Shown here piece by piece: positions 63,730 to 64,000 of a stretch of DNA of 64,000 nucleotides. The stretch lies in the NCBI GenBank assembly GCA_047602405.1, contig JASGHJ010000001.1, forward strand, positions 672,001 through 736,000, in the 5' to 3' direction. Made by a program: the position numbers and the translations under genes. The notes below the pieces were generated by a model. That model did no database searches and had not been told where the DNA came from. It was given only the letters and a program-made list of their open reading frames with translations. The DNA is from Anaeromyxobacteraceae bacterium (lineage in GTDB: Bacteria > Myxococcota > Myxococcia > Myxococcales > Anaeromyxobacteraceae). Position 1 is the stretch's first letter. Each line of letters opens with the position of its first letter.

Positions 63730-64000
63730 TCCTCGCGGCCCTGCTGGCCGTCCTCGCCGGCGCCCCGCGGCCGCCGCCTCCGCTCGCCTGCCCGCCCGGC
63801 CTCCAGAAGCAGGGCGAGGAGCCGTTCGTGGGCTACGAGGTCTGGTGCGAGAAGAAGGACGTCGCCGGCAACGGGCGGCGCGAGGGCCCGTCGCGGCTCT
63901 ACTACGACGACGGCGGCCTCTGGCAGGAGGCGGTCTGGAAGGACGGCAAGCGCGAGGGCCCGTTCGTCGAGTACCACCGCAACGGCGTGAAGGCGCGCGA
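63726..64000 (+). CDS. Secreted MORN-variant (YwqK-like) repeat protein (partial)
   Basis: GTG overlaps the upstream stop; [12 protein letters not shown]...[12 protein letters not shown]...[17 protein letters not shown]. Confidence 0.7.

Overview
Very GC-rich (visually ~73-76%) bacterial chromosome segment. Gene content (gatCAB, rplU-rpmA-obgE, ftsK, split nuoEF-JK, purF, ftsH, PEGA, zinc-ribbon/TPR, ELWxxDGT and PilZ proteins, a Ser/Thr kinase) suggests an Anaeromyxobacter-like Myxococcota genome; this is inference. About 60 CDS are supported. No rRNA, tRNA, CRISPR array, integrase or transposase was seen. Main points of interest: (1) a ~12.7-kb accessory block (13.1-25.8 kb) in which a MocR/PLP regulator is translationally coupled to a Ser/Thr kinase and flanked by four lipoproteins, two of which share a homologous upstream region with 23-bp-period (T/C)GGCCC direct repeats; (2) a KirBac-like channel with no K+ selectivity filter; (3) an acyltransferase-3/ABC-ATPase fusion in a YtrA-type operon; (4) three palindromic REP-like elements, two of them nested; (5) an orphan BrnA-like antitoxin between ~55-bp degenerate direct repeats; (6) a perfect FNR-type box ahead of an XdhC-like gene next to a 14-bp VNTR; (7) about six single-base frameshifts, three of which are exactly GATC->GAATC, most likely methylation-linked sequencing errors. 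All family calls come from motif recognition by eye, not from database searches.
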